Shown here: positions 44,315-55,103 of the stretch, piece by piece | Numbering within the stretch: the stretch's first letter is position 1 | Layout of the letters: each line of letters starts with the position of its first letter | Assembly (NCBI GenBank): GCA_003555075.1 | Contig: PWHW01000006.1 | Coordinates: 14,728 to 78,727 of the forward strand | DNA: 64,000 nt | Reading direction: 5' to 3' | Source: Candidatus Nealsonbacteria bacterium | Lineage (GTDB): Bacteria > Patescibacteriota > Minisyncoccia > Minisyncoccales > PWPS01 | The notes under the pieces: model-generated | Databases searched by the model: none | What the model saw: the letters and a program-made list of their open reading frames with translations, nothing else | Told to the model about the DNA's origin: nothing | Translations under genes and position numbers: made by a program

Positions 44315-45685
44315 ATGTCTATCACCTACAAAGGATTAAAAGAAATAGTCGGCTCTCTTGTTCTGGTAGAAGGAGTAAAAGAAGTTAAATACGAAGAACT
44401 CGTCAAGATAAGGATGCCGGGTGGAGAAGAGAAGATGGGAAGGGTTCTTGAGGCTTCCAAGGGAAAAGCTCTTCTTCAAATGTTCGAGGAAACAAGAGGA
44501 ATGGAACTAAAAAACGCGGAAGCCGTTTTCCTTGGAGAAACAATGAAGATCGATGCCAGCATGGATATGATGGGAAGGATATTTGACGGCTCTGCCAATC
44601 CGCTGGACGGATATCCAAACCCTATAGGAGAAATTTCACTGGACATCAATGGAAACCCCATGAACCCCTATTCCCGGGAATTTCCCGACGATTTCCTGCA
44701 AACAGGAATCTCGGGTATTGACGGGCTAAATACGCTGGTACGAGGACAGAAGCTCCCTATTTTCTCCGGAGCCGGTCTTCCCCATTCTCAAATAGCAACC
44801 CAAATAGCAAGACAAGCAAAAATAAAAGGAGATTTTTCCGTGGTCTTCGGAGCAATGGGAATCACTTTTGAGGAATCAAGATTCTTCATAAATGAATTGA
44901 AGAGAACGGGAGCTCTTGATAGATCGATACTCTTTGTGAATACCGCCGACGATCCGGTGATCGAAAGAGTAACCCTTCCGAGGTTAGCGCTTACCACCGC
45001 TGAATATCTTGCTTTTCACAAAGGACATGAGGTTCTGGTGATCTTGACCGATATGACGAACTACTGCGAGGCTCTCAGGGAAATATCCGCAGCAAGAAAA
45101 GAGATCCCCGGAAGAAGAGGTTATCCCGGATATCTCTACACCGATCTTGCAAGCATCTACGAGAGAGCAGGAATCATAAAAGGAAAACCCGGTTCCATCA
45201 CTCAAGTTCCCATCCTCACGATGCCCGAAGACGACAAAACACATCCTATTCCGGATCTTAGCGGATATATTACCGAGGGACAGGTCATGGTATCAAGAAA
45301 CCTTCATCAAGCGGGAATATACCCACCCATAGATGTGTTAAACAGTCTTTCAAGGCTAAAGAACAAGGGGATAGGAGAAGGAAAGACGAGAGAGGATCAT
45401 AAGGGATGGGCCAATCAGATCTTTGCTTCCTATGCAAGAGGACAAGAGATAAGAGAGCTCTCCGTGGTCTTGGGAGAATCGGCACTTTCGGAGAATGACA
45501 AGAAATTCCTCAAGTTCGCATCCAAATTCGAAGAAGAACTCTTGGCACAAGGACAGGAAGAGGATAGAAATATCGAAGAAACGCTGGATATCGGCTGGAA
45601 ACTTCTAAAACACCTTCCTCGCGAAGAACTAAAAAGAGTAAAAAAGAAAGAAATTGAAAAATATCTAGATGCAAAAGAAGATTAG
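44315..45685 (+). CDS. ntpB: V/A-type ATPase subunit B
   Basis: Motifs [37 protein letters not shown] and [17 protein letters not shown]. Confidence 0.95.
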   Translation: MSITYKGLKEIVGSLVLVEGVKEVKYEELVKIRMPGGEEKMGRVLEASKGKALLQMFEETRGMELKNAEAVFLGETMKIDASMDMMGRIFDGSANPLDGYPNPIGEISLDINGNPMNPYSREFPDDFLQTGISGIDGLNTLVRGQKLPIFSGAGLPHSQIATQIARQAKIKGDFSVVFGAMGITFEESRFFINELKRTGALDRSILFVNTADDPVIERVTLPRLALTTAEYLAFHKGHEVLVILTDMTNYCEALREISAARKEIPGRRGYPGYLYTDLASIYERAGIIKGKPGSITQVPILTMPEDDKTHPIPDLSGYITEGQVMVSRNLHQAGIYPPIDVLNSLSRLKNKGIGEGKTREDHKGWANQIFASYARGQEIRELSVVLGESALSENDKKFLKFASKFEEELLAQGQEEDRNIEETLDIGWKLLKHLPREELKRVKKKEIEKYLDAKED

Positions 45686-46289
45686 CCCCACAAGACAAGA
45701 ACTTCTCCGGCTCAAGAAGAAGATCAAAACCGCTGAGTCGGGGCATAAATTGCTAAAGAATAAGCTGGACAGCTTGGTGCAGGAGTTTCTTTTGTACGTA
45801 AGAGAGCTTCAAAGAACAAGGAAAGAGATAGATGAAAAAATGAACAAGTTCCTTCTTGACTATTTGGGAGCGGAAAGCAGTCTTGGGAAAGAGGAGGTAG
45901 AAGCGCTGATATCGCACATACCTTATGTAAGTATAGAGTTCAAGAAAAAGAACATTATGGGAGTGGAGGTGGAAGAATTTGAGGCAAACAACAAGAAGGA
46001 TATTAAAAACACCACCCTTGGAGATCTTTCTTCGGATCACAATCTAAAAGAAGCAAAAAGGGAGTCTCAAGAGGTTTTACACTCCATAATGACATATGCC
46101 ACTCTGGAGCAAAAAATAAGAAAACTGGCCGCAGAAATAGAAAATACCCGTAGAAGAGTAAATTCCTTGGAACACGTCTATATTCCAAGACTCAAAAAGA
46201 ATAAGAAATATATTGATCAGAAATTGGAAGAAAGCGCAAGGTTCGAGAAAACAATTCTCATGAAAGTAAAAGAACTCTTGTCGGAATGA
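45669..46289 (+). CDS. ntpD: V/A-type ATPase subunit D (central stalk)
   Basis: [32 protein letters not shown] is the typical subunit D N-terminus. Confidence 0.88.
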   Translation: MQKKISPTRQELLRLKKKIKTAESGHKLLKNKLDSLVQEFLLYVRELQRTRKEIDEKMNKFLLDYLGAESSLGKEEVEALISHIPYVSIEFKKKNIMGVEVEEFEANNKKDIKNTTLGDLSSDHNLKEAKRESQEVLHSIMTYATLEQKIRKLAAEIENTRRRVNSLEHVYIPRLKKNKKYIDQKLEESARFEKTILMKVKELLSE

Positions 46290-46823
46290 TCACTTTATAA
46301 GCTTCTCCCAGTTCTCCTTATAATAATTGAACCTTCTTTCAAGTTCCTCTTTGGAGGTGGCTTTTATCCCGAGCTCGCTTAAAGTTTTTTGTAATCTTTT
46401 GTGCTCTCCCTCTTTTTCGTTCTCAGAGACCATTTTTTCAAGCTCAATGAGATAACCGAAACCTTTTGTAAAATCCAGACATACATTGATATCACGCCAC
46501 TTGAATTGCACTCTTTTCCTTTTCCACCTTATTCTTGCTTTGTATCCCAAAGAGAGGAAAAGTTTTTCTACCTTCCAAAAATCATCCTTTTTTATTCCTA
46601 TTTCCAGCTCTTCTCTGCAATCATCATGCATCCTTCCTTCTTTAAGCCATATTTTAGAGAAATGATCGCTCTTTTGTATTCTAAGATCCTTCTTGGAATC
46701 AAAATAAACGGTTTCTTGGAAATCCTCTTTTTGAAATTCGGCATTCTCCTTGAAGAAATCAAGGAGCTTTTCGTACTCTTCCTTGGAAAGAAAGCTTCTT
46801 ACTTCCGCTTCAATATTTTTCAT
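46290..46823 (-). CDS. CYTH-domain protein (CyaB-type adenylyl cyclase / triphosphatase family)
   Basis: N-terminal ExExR (IEAEVRSF) and the motif VCLDFTKGFGYLIELE typical of CYTH. Confidence 0.6.
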   Translation of the reverse strand: MKNIEAEVRSFLSKEEYEKLLDFFKENAEFQKEDFQETVYFDSKKDLRIQKSDHFSKIWLKEGRMHDDCREELEIGIKKDDFWKVEKLFLSLGYKARIRWKRKRVQFKWRDINVCLDFTKGFGYLIELEKMVSENEKEGEHKRLQKTLSELGIKATSKEELERRFNYYKENWEKLIK

Positions 46824-46877
46824 AAACTACCATTATGTTAAACTAGAAGAAGATTTACAACAAGTCACACTACTTTT

Positions 46878-47489
46878 ATGATCATCGTTGCTCTAGGCGC
46901 GGGTGTCAATGAAAAGGGTTACCCCTCCGAAGAAACAAAAAAGAGACTCGAGGAAATAAAGACGCTCTACAAAAAATATGGCGCTCCCATTCTTCTCTGT
47001 GGAAAATACAGTTTTCTCTATGAAAAGAAAAATGCTCCCAAGAATACCGAAGCAAGATCCATGTATGAGTATCTTTTAAGGGAAGGAGTGAAAGAAGAAG
47101 ATATGATGCTTGAAGAAGAATCGCAAGACACCGTTCTCAAAGCATATAATGCAAAAACAAGATATTTTCTTCCCTCTAAAGAAAATACTGGCGTTGTTGT
47201 GACCTCGGATTTCAACTTGGAAAGGATACGTTATATATTCCAAAAGATATTCGGAAAAAATTATGACCTTCACTATATAGGAGTCCCCTCCTCTCTCCCT
47301 TGCAACATGAAAGGGAAAATTAGAGCAAAACAGATAGATCTTATGCAGGAAACGGAGGATCTTCTGCGTGATGTTCCAAACGGCGATCACGAGGCTGCAA
47401 AAGAGAAAATGCTGTCCTCAGGATACCACCGAGAAAAAAGAAGTGTTAAAAAAGATCTCTTCAAAGCAGGAGGTTCTTCCACTTGTTAG
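46878..47489 (+). CDS. DUF218/YdcF-family protein
   Basis: Motifs IIVALGAG, TEARSMYEYLLREGV...EEESQDT and VVVTSDFNLERIRYIF. Confidence 0.6.
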   Translation: MIIVALGAGVNEKGYPSEETKKRLEEIKTLYKKYGAPILLCGKYSFLYEKKNAPKNTEARSMYEYLLREGVKEEDMMLEEESQDTVLKAYNAKTRYFLPSKENTGVVVTSDFNLERIRYIFQKIFGKNYDLHYIGVPSSLPCNMKGKIRAKQIDLMQETEDLLRDVPNGDHEAAKEKMLSSGYHREKRSVKKDLFKAGGSSTC

Positions 47490-47492
47490 CAG

Positions 47493-48485
47493 TCATTCCA
47501 ACCCGTTCTTGTGAAACTTTTCCCTATAAGCTTTAATAGTGATTATGGGAGGTCTTTCTATTTCGGTGATATATTTCTTCCTGAGATTGTAATCACCATT
47601 ATTCTTTTTACGGCTCACCACGTGATATCTTTTTCTTACATCCTCGCTCATAATGACCTTGCCCAGCATGTGAGCTCTCTTTGCAAAAACTTGCAAAACA
47701 CCGAAAGAGGTGTTGCTCAAGCCAGAAAGGCTATGATGCCTGTGCTCTAAAGTCCCGAGATCCACTTGAGCTATGGAGTCAAGCCCGTATTTCTTATAAG
47801 TATCGATCAAAAGCCCTATATCAACCCCGTATCCGCTAAAATAATGTAATTGCTCAAGGAGACTCCTCCTTCCCGCCTTTTGACCGCTAAGAGGTTGTAT
47901 GAACCCTACCAGCTCAGGAAAGTACATATTAAAAAGAGGTCTTACAAGAAGCTCTGTTATCCTTCCGCCTCCCAGTATCTCATCTCCGTTCTCGTCACTT
48001 TTTACAGGACGACCGAAGAACGACTTTACAAACCTTATCTTGTCGTTTGAAAGAAGCGGGCCCACAAGCCCACATATAAAACGCGATTGAATATTCTCGA
48101 TATCCGCATCCACATAAACTATTATGCTACTCTCGGTGACATAAAGGGATTTCCACAGGTTCTCTCCCTTTCCTTTCTCTGAGCCATGACGCTTAAGTAT
48201 TGTGGACGATCTATAGAATCTTCCTCCCGCCTTTTTCACCTCTCTTTCCGTATGATCCGTTGAACCACTATCCATTACCACCAACTCGTCCACCAAAGAA
48301 ATCTCTTCCATGAGCTTCTCTTTGATGGTACTCACCACCTTTCCTATTCTCTCTTCCTCGTTAAAAGAAGGAATGACCACCGCTATTGTCTCTCCCTTCT
48401 TTTTCTTGAGACTCATAAGTCTTCCGAGATCGGAATAACTCTTTGCCTTAAAGCGTCTTTTTTGAAACCATTCACTTAAATTCAT
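47493..48485 (-). CDS. Glucosyl-3-phosphoglycerate synthase-like glycosyltransferase (GT81/GT-A)
   Basis: Motifs IAVVIPSFNEEERIG, LVVMDSGSTDHT and GGGRITELLVRPLFNMYFPELVGFIQPLSGQKAGRRSLL...GYGVDIGLLID closely follow the GpgS pattern. Confidence 0.75.
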   Translation of the reverse strand: MNLSEWFQKRRFKAKSYSDLGRLMSLKKKKGETIAVVIPSFNEEERIGKVVSTIKEKLMEEISLVDELVVMDSGSTDHTEREVKKAGGRFYRSSTILKRHGSEKGKGENLWKSLYVTESSIIVYVDADIENIQSRFICGLVGPLLSNDKIRFVKSFFGRPVKSDENGDEILGGGRITELLVRPLFNMYFPELVGFIQPLSGQKAGRRSLLEQLHYFSGYGVDIGLLIDTYKKYGLDSIAQVDLGTLEHRHHSLSGLSNTSFGVLQVFAKRAHMLGKVIMSEDVRKRYHVVSRKKNNGDYNLRKKYITEIERPPIITIKAYREKFHKNGLE

Positions 48486-48584
48486 GATTTGAAGCGGTTA
48501 AAAATTAAATAAAAAATGGGTAAACCATAAAAAAAAGCCCTCTGTTTAAAGGGCACTTTTAGTTTATCACAACTATCCTTACTG

Positions 48585-49769
48585 TCAAGACTCGAGAGAG
48601 GAGTCCCAAACACCCTTTATTTTAAGGCCGTATTGATAGATATCGTACTTTTGCACTTCTTCCAGTCCGCCTACCATCAATCTCTTATACAACCCTTTTT
48701 CTTTTGTCAACCTCTCAATGCACAATGCAAGGGTTTTGTGGTCACGTGGAGGAATAAGAAGTCCCGTTCTTCCGTCATTAATTATCTCTTTAACTCCTCC
48801 GGAAGAAGCTCCCACCACAGGTACACCCATGGCCATGCTTTCCAGGGCCACGAGCCCGAAGCTCTCATTTAGAGAAGGAAAAAGCGTAATATCCCCCATG
48901 GCATAAATCTTGTACATCTCCCGGTGATCGAGATCCCTTGGGAAAATTATCAGGTTTTCCAAAATACCATACCTTGAGACCTCCTTTTTAAAACCATCTT
49001 CGATGGCCTTCATGCCCTCCTTGTGATAACCGCTCAAGTTTGCGGTCAAAAGAAGAAAATCGGAAAACGCCCCTTTTTTGAACAAAGAAAGCGCCTTGAG
49101 TACCGTTTTAAGTTGCTTTTGCTCCCCTATCTCTCCGGTGCTTATTCTTACGGGCCTTGAAGGAAAAAGAAAAACTTTCTTATTGTTGTCTATGCCCAAT
49201 TTTTCTTTTTCTTTGATACCATCCCTTCTTTTTCGATAGTCAAAAAGTTCTTTATCAACACAGTTCTCAATAATACAAATATTCTTTTTATCTTCCCTTA
49301 AAGGAGATATTCTTTTATATGCAAAACGGCTCACCGTAATGATCTTATCCCAGTCAAGAGAAATGGTTCTTTCCGCAAAATTCTTTCTGTTTATATAAGC
49401 ATGATGCGCATGCTCTATTACGGGGCATTTTTTCTTGAAGAATCCGTGTATCAGTTTGGTCTTCTCAGGATTAAAGGAATAAGACAAATTGTGCCCATGT
49501 ACAATATCGGGCTCAAACTCCTCATAAACAATTCTGAGTTGTTTTTCCAGTTCTTCCAGATCCACTTTTCTTCCTCTTTTGAGCAAAGAGGAAGAAAAAA
49601 CCCGGGTTCCATTTACATCCTTTCTTTTAAAACCCTCCTCGGAATAGCAAAGCACAGCGAACTGCTCATCATTGCAACTCTTTATGATCGATCTTGCCAT
49701 GCTCTGAACTCCACCCGGAAGATCCAACCCGAAGTAAGTTATAAAAAGCACTTTTTTTGGTTTCCGCAT
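48585..49769 (-). CDS. GT-B glycosyltransferase (GT4-like)
   Basis: C-terminal motif PSLNESFGLVALESMAMGVPVVGASSGGVKEII. Confidence 0.85.
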   Translation of the reverse strand: MRKPKKVLFITYFGLDLPGGVQSMARSIIKSCNDEQFAVLCYSEEGFKRKDVNGTRVFSSSLLKRGRKVDLEELEKQLRIVYEEFEPDIVHGHNLSYSFNPEKTKLIHGFFKKKCPVIEHAHHAYINRKNFAERTISLDWDKIITVSRFAYKRISPLREDKKNICIIENCVDKELFDYRKRRDGIKEKEKLGIDNNKKVFLFPSRPVRISTGEIGEQKQLKTVLKALSLFKKGAFSDFLLLTANLSGYHKEGMKAIEDGFKKEVSRYGILENLIIFPRDLDHREMYKIYAMGDITLFPSLNESFGLVALESMAMGVPVVGASSGGVKEIINDGRTGLLIPPRDHKTLALCIERLTKEKGLYKRLMVGGLEEVQKYDIYQYGLKIKGVWDSSLES

Positions 49770-49826
49770 AATTTTTCTTTCACTAAGGCACCATATGTAT
49801 TATAATATTAACATTCATACAAAAAA

Positions 49827-51023
49827 ATGCTTAGAGGAATAAACAAAATTACCGCTCTTCTTGCGGCAAAGATAATAAAAGTAATGAACCCCTCCAAGGG
49901 CAAGCATATTTGGGTAATGGGAGGGTCCGTGGGAAAGAGATATATTGATAACGGAGCTGCTTTGCACCAGTATATTTTAAAGAATCATCCGGAAATAGAT
50001 GTGTATTGGATCATAAACAGGAATTCACCAGATGTCGCCAAAGCGAAAAAAGAAGGTCCCATACTCTACAGAGAAAGCTTTAAGGGGAATCTTTATACCC
50101 TTCTTGCCAAGGTTTTGATCTGCACACATGAACTTCCTTTTGATGTTTCAGGATACGGAAAGAGTAGATATAAAGAGGCTGTAAAAGTTTTTATTTCCCA
50201 TGGAATAGAGGGCCTTAAAAGAAAGACCCCGGAGCAAGCAAAAGTGCATCAAATATACGATCTTTCCGTGAGCGTCTCAGATATTGAAAAGAGAATAAAA
50301 GTGAATGAATGGGGGCTTGATGAGAAGAAGGTCTGTATTACAGGGCTTCCGCGATACGATCTCTTGGAAAAGCATCGAGAAAAGAAGAAAGAAGAAGTAA
50401 AGAACATTTTATACATGCCCACTTGGAGAAAAGTGTGCAGAGAAACCTTCAAAAAACCACTCTATAGAATAACGGAAGAAGAGCTGGAAGAGTTCAAGAG
50501 AAGCGATTACTATCGATACACACAGAATCTCATTAGACATCCAAGGCTTCTCGGATTGTTAAAAAAGAAGGGAATAAGGATGCATCTCTTTTTTCATCCC
50601 AACACCAATGAATTCATGAAAGAAATAATTGACCTCCCTGAATCCCCCGAAATAAGGGTCTTCTCCATTCAAGAAGGTGTTCACAAGAATATAATTGAGA
50701 GTGATATGCTCATTACGGATTATTCCAGCGTATGCTGGGACTTCCTTTACCTTGACAAGCCCGTAATATTCTATCAATTTGATCAAGAAGAGTACTTGGA
50801 AGAAACAGGAAGTCACTTGAAACTTCCCGACGAACTCTTTGGGCCAGCATCCTACAATCCGGAGGAAACCATTGAAAAGATAGAAGAGATCATAGAAAAA
50901 GATAACTACGTACAATCAAGAAAGAGAGCGAGGGATAAGTTCTTCAAATACAAGGATAATAAGAACTGCAAAAGAGTGATGGACTGCATATTAAGTTTAA
51001 AAAGAGGAAATTTTCCTTCTTGA
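49827..51023 (+). CDS. CDP-glycerol glycerophosphotransferase (TagB/TagF family)
   Basis: Motifs ILYMPTWR and SDMLITDYSSVCWDFLYLDKPVIFYQFDQEEY. Confidence 0.75.
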   Translation: MLRGINKITALLAAKIIKVMNPSKGKHIWVMGGSVGKRYIDNGAALHQYILKNHPEIDVYWIINRNSPDVAKAKKEGPILYRESFKGNLYTLLAKVLICTHELPFDVSGYGKSRYKEAVKVFISHGIEGLKRKTPEQAKVHQIYDLSVSVSDIEKRIKVNEWGLDEKKVCITGLPRYDLLEKHREKKKEEVKNILYMPTWRKVCRETFKKPLYRITEEELEEFKRSDYYRYTQNLIRHPRLLGLLKKKGIRMHLFFHPNTNEFMKEIIDLPESPEIRVFSIQEGVHKNIIESDMLITDYSSVCWDFLYLDKPVIFYQFDQEEYLEETGSHLKLPDELFGPASYNPEETIEKIEEIIEKDNYVQSRKRARDKFFKYKDNKNCKRVMDCILSLKRGNFPS

Positions 51024-51044
51024 CAGCCTCTTTTGCTTCTTCTT

Positions 51045-51746
51045 TTAATCAAGGTGAATCTCTCCCTTTTCTTTCTCCAAAAGATCGACTCTTACCTTCG
51101 CCCCGCACTCTTTTTCTAAAAAGTATGCTATTTCATCCCTCGCCTTCTTGGTGGTGTCAGAGGTTATGCTTCCTATTCCGTCAATGTTTATGATCATATC
51201 TCTCGTTCTCTCGGATATCTTGGTGTTTTCGCCATTTTTCCAATTCCATCTTCGACACATCACATTAAGACTTTCATCATCATAATAAATAACCTCTCCC
51301 TCAAACGGCCTCTCCGGATCTTTACCCCCTAACGGAATAAAATGTTCTTTTCCATTTGCAAAACCCAAGCGGAAATTTCCCTTGACCTGCTCCGCATCAT
51401 CTCCTCCGCAAGGAATAAAATATTTCACGGAAATATAATTGAAAAGAGCTACCACAGAATTTATGAAAGGTAAATCACTTCCCTTTTCCACTCTTTTTAA
51501 GAGGGCTTTAATGGAGGGCGGAAATTTATTGGGATTGGATCCGAATTTCCGATGAGCTTCCTCCCATGCTTTCACCGAATCTTCGGAAAGCAAGTCCTTT
51601 CCGCTCTTTTCTTCCACCTCCCCCTTAAGGAGAGCGTTTATTCTCTCGTTTGAGGAATGATTTTGAGCATCCTTTACCAAAACAATTCCACGCTTAAAAT
51701 CCGGGAATTTTTCAAATATCTCCCCTTCTATTACTACTTTCCTCAT
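51045..51746 (-). CDS. Stand-alone B3/B4 (PheRS-beta-like) domain protein
   Basis: Motifs LPFINSVVALFNYISVKYFIPCGGDD and EGEVIYYDDESLNVMCRRWNWKNGENTKISERT. Confidence 0.6.
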   Translation of the reverse strand: MRKVVIEGEIFEKFPDFKRGIVLVKDAQNHSSNERINALLKGEVEEKSGKDLLSEDSVKAWEEAHRKFGSNPNKFPPSIKALLKRVEKGSDLPFINSVVALFNYISVKYFIPCGGDDAEQVKGNFRLGFANGKEHFIPLGGKDPERPFEGEVIYYDDESLNVMCRRWNWKNGENTKISERTRDMIINIDGIGSITSDTTKKARDEIAYFLEKECGAKVRVDLLEKEKGEIHLD

Positions 51747-51773
51747 AGAGTTACTTTAAAAGAGATTGGTATC

Positions 51774-52568
51774 TTACTCCTCTTTCACGCAACGGACCGA
51801 AAAGCCCATCTCTTTATTGGTCACTACGTTGCGATTGATCTTAGTAAGATCGTAGTGGAAATAACGCCTCCAAAGGTTATCATTGTCATCCTTGGAAGCC
51901 CAAAAATAGCCTTGTCTTCCAAGTTCTCCGAAATGTCCGGAAACAACCATTCCTCCCGGAAGAACATTGAATTCCAAGTCCCCAAAAGCCTCGCTATTCT
52001 TTAATTCTCCGTCATCCCACAACTCCTCTCTTCCGGACAATTTGCTTCCCTCTTCCTCTCCACGCCATCCGTTGTGATTTACACTTCCCTCCTTCATTCC
52101 AATACTTGACTCCAAGTCTTTGAAGTCATCATCAGTGGCAAGCCTCCATCCTTCAGGACAAACCTCTTTAGCTGCCGAAAAATTATATAACACCCCGTAA
52201 GTGCGGTAATTATCCTCTTCTTTGGCATCATTTTCGTTCGTACCATCATATCCGTACACATAATACCTGGGCTCCTCTCTGCTCTCGTCTCTCATTTCAT
52301 GAACTTCCGGAAGATATGCCAAGTTCTCTTGCATCCAGCAAAGATCCCCTATTTTGATGGTAGAATAAGTATTGTTGTCACGCTGATCGGTAAAATCTTC
52401 GCCACAAACCCGATGATCATCAGTGGTCACTATATCTCTCTCTGTCCCGCCAAAGAACCAAGCCATTGCCCCAATAAGAAGCAATGCCGCTACAACAATG
52501 ATAACGATCGCTCTTTTTTCTTTTATTTTTTCTACTATATTGTTCCGCTCTTTTTCTTTTTTTCTCAT
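51774..52568 (-). CDS. Anchored protein with Fibrobacter succinogenes major paralogous (FISUMP) domain
   Basis: N-terminal TM segment. Motifs DQRDNNTYSTIKIGDLCWMQENLAY, CPEGWRLATDDDF and GYFWAS. Confidence 0.7.
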   Translation of the reverse strand: MRKKEKERNNIVEKIKEKRAIVIIVVAALLLIGAMAWFFGGTERDIVTTDDHRVCGEDFTDQRDNNTYSTIKIGDLCWMQENLAYLPEVHEMRDESREEPRYYVYGYDGTNENDAKEEDNYRTYGVLYNFSAAKEVCPEGWRLATDDDFKDLESSIGMKEGSVNHNGWRGEEEGSKLSGREELWDDGELKNSEAFGDLEFNVLPGGMVVSGHFGELGRQGYFWASKDDNDNLWRRYFHYDLTKINRNVVTNKEMGFSVRCVKEE

Positions 52569-52709
52569 AAAAATAGATCAATTATTTTTAAGACCGACCC
52601 TTTTATTATTTATTATTCCCAATATAGCATAAGCCGACAAGCGGCAACAGAAGCATGACTACCAACGCCCCTCTTTTGACCAAAGAGGAAAAGAAGATGA
52701 AAGACCTTC

Positions 52710-52928
52710 TTATTTCGTCCAAGAAACCACGTGGCCCAATATACCTACCAAGACAGCCAATCCTATAAAAAAGAAGTCATGCATCCATAGCCCGTACAAA
52801 AGGAGAAGAAATCCCAGTATGCTGGCCGCACAATTCACGGGTTCGGCATGCTCCAGGGCTCTTTTTTCCAAAAAACCGGGCTCCTCTCCGTTCCTATATT
52901 CTTCAATTCTTTTTTCTGCCCATCCCAT
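52710..52928 (-). CDS. Small membrane protein, unknown function
   Basis: 72 aa with a charged N-terminus followed by two hydrophobic segments. Confidence 0.45.
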   Translation of the reverse strand: MGWAEKRIEEYRNGEEPGFLEKRALEHAEPVNCAASILGFLLLLYGLWMHDFFFIGLAVLVGILGHVVSWTK

Positions 52929-52958
52929 ATTTTTTTCTTTATTGTTTATAATAAACCT

Positions 52959-54140
52959 TTATTGCACTTCTTTTTCTATCATTTCCGCTACCATTTCCCC
53001 GGTAGCCACCGAAGTATCATGAGTAGGAAAATGATAGAAATCTCCACAAAGGTAAACCCCCTCCATATGGGTTTTAAGTTCGGGAATCTTTGCATTTGGG
53101 GGAACCACCGGCCAAGCCGGTTTCAGGTCTTTCTCGGATAATACCTTGCAGTCCTCGTATACACTGTTAAGATCCACCTCCTTTTCGGGATTTAGCGGGT
53201 AAAGACGATGCTCATAAGGATCCATTGCATTTATAAGGCAAAGATTGGACTTGTGTCCCGATAAGCCGAAAGAAACCTTTCTGTCATATTCCTTTCTTAG
53301 TTTGCCTTCCACCATTATACACCTTCCGTTCTTGTATTTGATATCATTCTCGATTCTCAGCTCGGGGAAGATTCTTTTTATAAAAAGCGGTGGAAGAGCA
53401 AGGACGATCTTGTCATACTCCCCTTCTTTTTCTACAAAATTCTTCTCATAGGAAACAAGAAAACCATCTTCCTTCTTCTCTATCTTTTTTACTTCCGCAC
53501 TCGTTTCCACCTTAGAGCCAATGGAATTGATCTTTCTTGTTAAGACATTGGAAAGAACCATCATATTCTCTTCAAAAACATATGTCTTTCCGCTTGGCAA
53601 AGTAGTGAACATGGGAGCGATGCATGCCATTCCATATTCCGCAGAGATCTCATTCCAGTCCACAAGACGAATATTCGTTTCTATTTCCAGGAGAGGTTTT
53701 AGCACATAAGGAAAGTTCTCTTTTTGCATATAGTCGGCGAAAGATATATCCCTCAATTCCGCCATTTGAGATGTAATATTCTTTATATCAAGAGGATTCT
53801 CATTAAAGAAATTGCCCATTTTCTGAAAGAATTCGCTTTCTTTTGGAGAGAATCTCTCTATCATACTTGGAAGCTCCTCCATTTTCATAAGCCTCCCGTC
53901 CGGCATTATAGCGCCGACATCCTCCATTTTCATAGGTACTACAGCTGCCTCAAGACCCATCTCTTCGAGTAAGGAATAAGTATATGGGTGGACCTCTTTC
54001 CCGGAAACCACCGCGGACCACTGAAGTCTTCCGCCGGGAGTTATATCTTTTTCAAAGACTTTGCTTTTGATTCCTTTTTGGGCCAAACGATAAGCGCAGG
54101 ACAATCCTGCAATCCCTCCACCAATGATTCCCACTTTCAT
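52959..54140 (-). CDS. FAD/NAD(P)-binding oxidoreductase (amine oxidase / phytoene desaturase-like)
   Basis: Dinucleotide-binding N-terminus MKVGIIGGGIAGLSCAYRLAQKG...EKDITPGGR. Confidence 0.8.
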   Translation of the reverse strand: MKVGIIGGGIAGLSCAYRLAQKGIKSKVFEKDITPGGRLQWSAVVSGKEVHPYTYSLLEEMGLEAAVVPMKMEDVGAIMPDGRLMKMEELPSMIERFSPKESEFFQKMGNFFNENPLDIKNITSQMAELRDISFADYMQKENFPYVLKPLLEIETNIRLVDWNEISAEYGMACIAPMFTTLPSGKTYVFEENMMVLSNVLTRKINSIGSKVETSAEVKKIEKKEDGFLVSYEKNFVEKEGEYDKIVLALPPLFIKRIFPELRIENDIKYKNGRCIMVEGKLRKEYDRKVSFGLSGHKSNLCLINAMDPYEHRLYPLNPEKEVDLNSVYEDCKVLSEKDLKPAWPVVPPNAKIPELKTHMEGVYLCGDFYHFPTHDTSVATGEMVAEMIEKEVQ

Positions 54141-54291
54141 GATCGTTAGAAAACCTTTTTTAAGGATTTTAAAATTATTTTAATGCTTATTTGATTCTAA
54201 CAATTCTTACCCTTTCGTCAATTGTAAATTACACTCAAATACCCCCGATCAAAGGGAAAAGTATTACTAATAAAAAAAGTCCGCCTTTTTA

Positions 54292-54486
54292 TCATATGGC
54301 GGACTCAGAATCTTCATTCTTCAGAGTATTGGCACATACCCGACAAACTTGCCCCGCACCCTCGATATAATTATTCTGCCTCCTGGGATCATTAACATGG
54401 CAATCTCTCGGTATTCCCGTGTCCTTGCGGCAAAGAGTACAAGTTTCCGTTCTTTTTTTTCTCTTTTTAAAAAGAAAGATCACCAT
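54292..54486 (-). CDS. Small Cys-rich (CxxC...C...CxxC) protein
   Basis: AAGGAGGGAGG lies immediately upstream of the start. A terminator (AGTCCGCC/GGCGGACT plus T7 run) overlaps the stop. Confidence 0.55.
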   Translation of the reverse strand: MVIFLFKKRKKRTETCTLCRKDTGIPRDCHVNDPRRQNNYIEGAGQVCRVCANTLKNEDSESAI

Positions 54487-54561
54487 CCTCCCTCCTTTTT
54501 CAAGGTTTGTTGTTATTTTTTATAAGTAATTATCCCCCTTGTCAATAAGAACTTGCCTCTT

Positions 54562-54590
54562 AAAAATAAAAACCGACGCTTTTGCGTCGG
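54562..54590 (-). terminator. Intrinsic terminator
   Basis: Stem CCGACGC/GCGTCGG with a 4-nt loop and a T-rich tail on the minus strand. Confidence 0.75.
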
Positions 54591-54602
54591 CAAAGATCGT
54601 TC

Positions 54603-55037
54603 TTATCTTACATTGTAAAGAAAACGGCCAAATTCTTCCGCGCTTTCCTGAAGCACCTTTGCCGGAAGGTTCTTTTTCTTGGGAACAAGACAAAGAGCTT
54701 CTTCTCTTTGCTTTTCAATCATCCAAGCGGGACCTTTATTAAAAGAATTATAAGTTTCAACGATCCTTTTTAGTTTGCGCAACTTTTCGTGGTCTTTCTC
54801 CGAGAAACCAAGCTGCACCCAAGGATAGCATTTGATATGACCTTCTCCGCCTTCATCAAAAGCCCTTGTTTCAATTTCAAAAAGCATCAATCCCGTCACA
54901 AGCGCCCTCAATTTTTCGCTTTTGCACAAAAAAGAGTCAAATGCTTTGTGCGCCACTTCCACTATTTCCGGCATATGACCGCACTCGGGGCAAGTGAATG
55001 CCCCCCGGTAGTTTTGACCACATTCCAAACATTTCAT
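54603..55037 (-). CDS. Zinc-ribbon protein, 144 aa, unknown function
   Basis: Start re-set to MKCLECGQNYRGAFTCPECGH, with AAAGGAGGGG 6 nt upstream. Confidence 0.6.
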   Translation of the reverse strand: MKCLECGQNYRGAFTCPECGHMPEIVEVAHKAFDSFLCKSEKLRALVTGLMLFEIETRAFDEGGEGHIKCYPWVQLGFSEKDHEKLRKLKRIVETYNSFNKGPAWMIEKQREEALCLVPKKKNLPAKVLQESAEEFGRFLYNVR

Positions 55038-55103
55038 GCAAAACCCCTCCTTTCTTTTTGAATCCTCCTTGAAAATCAAGAAAGGATTTATATTCTACAT
55101 TTC

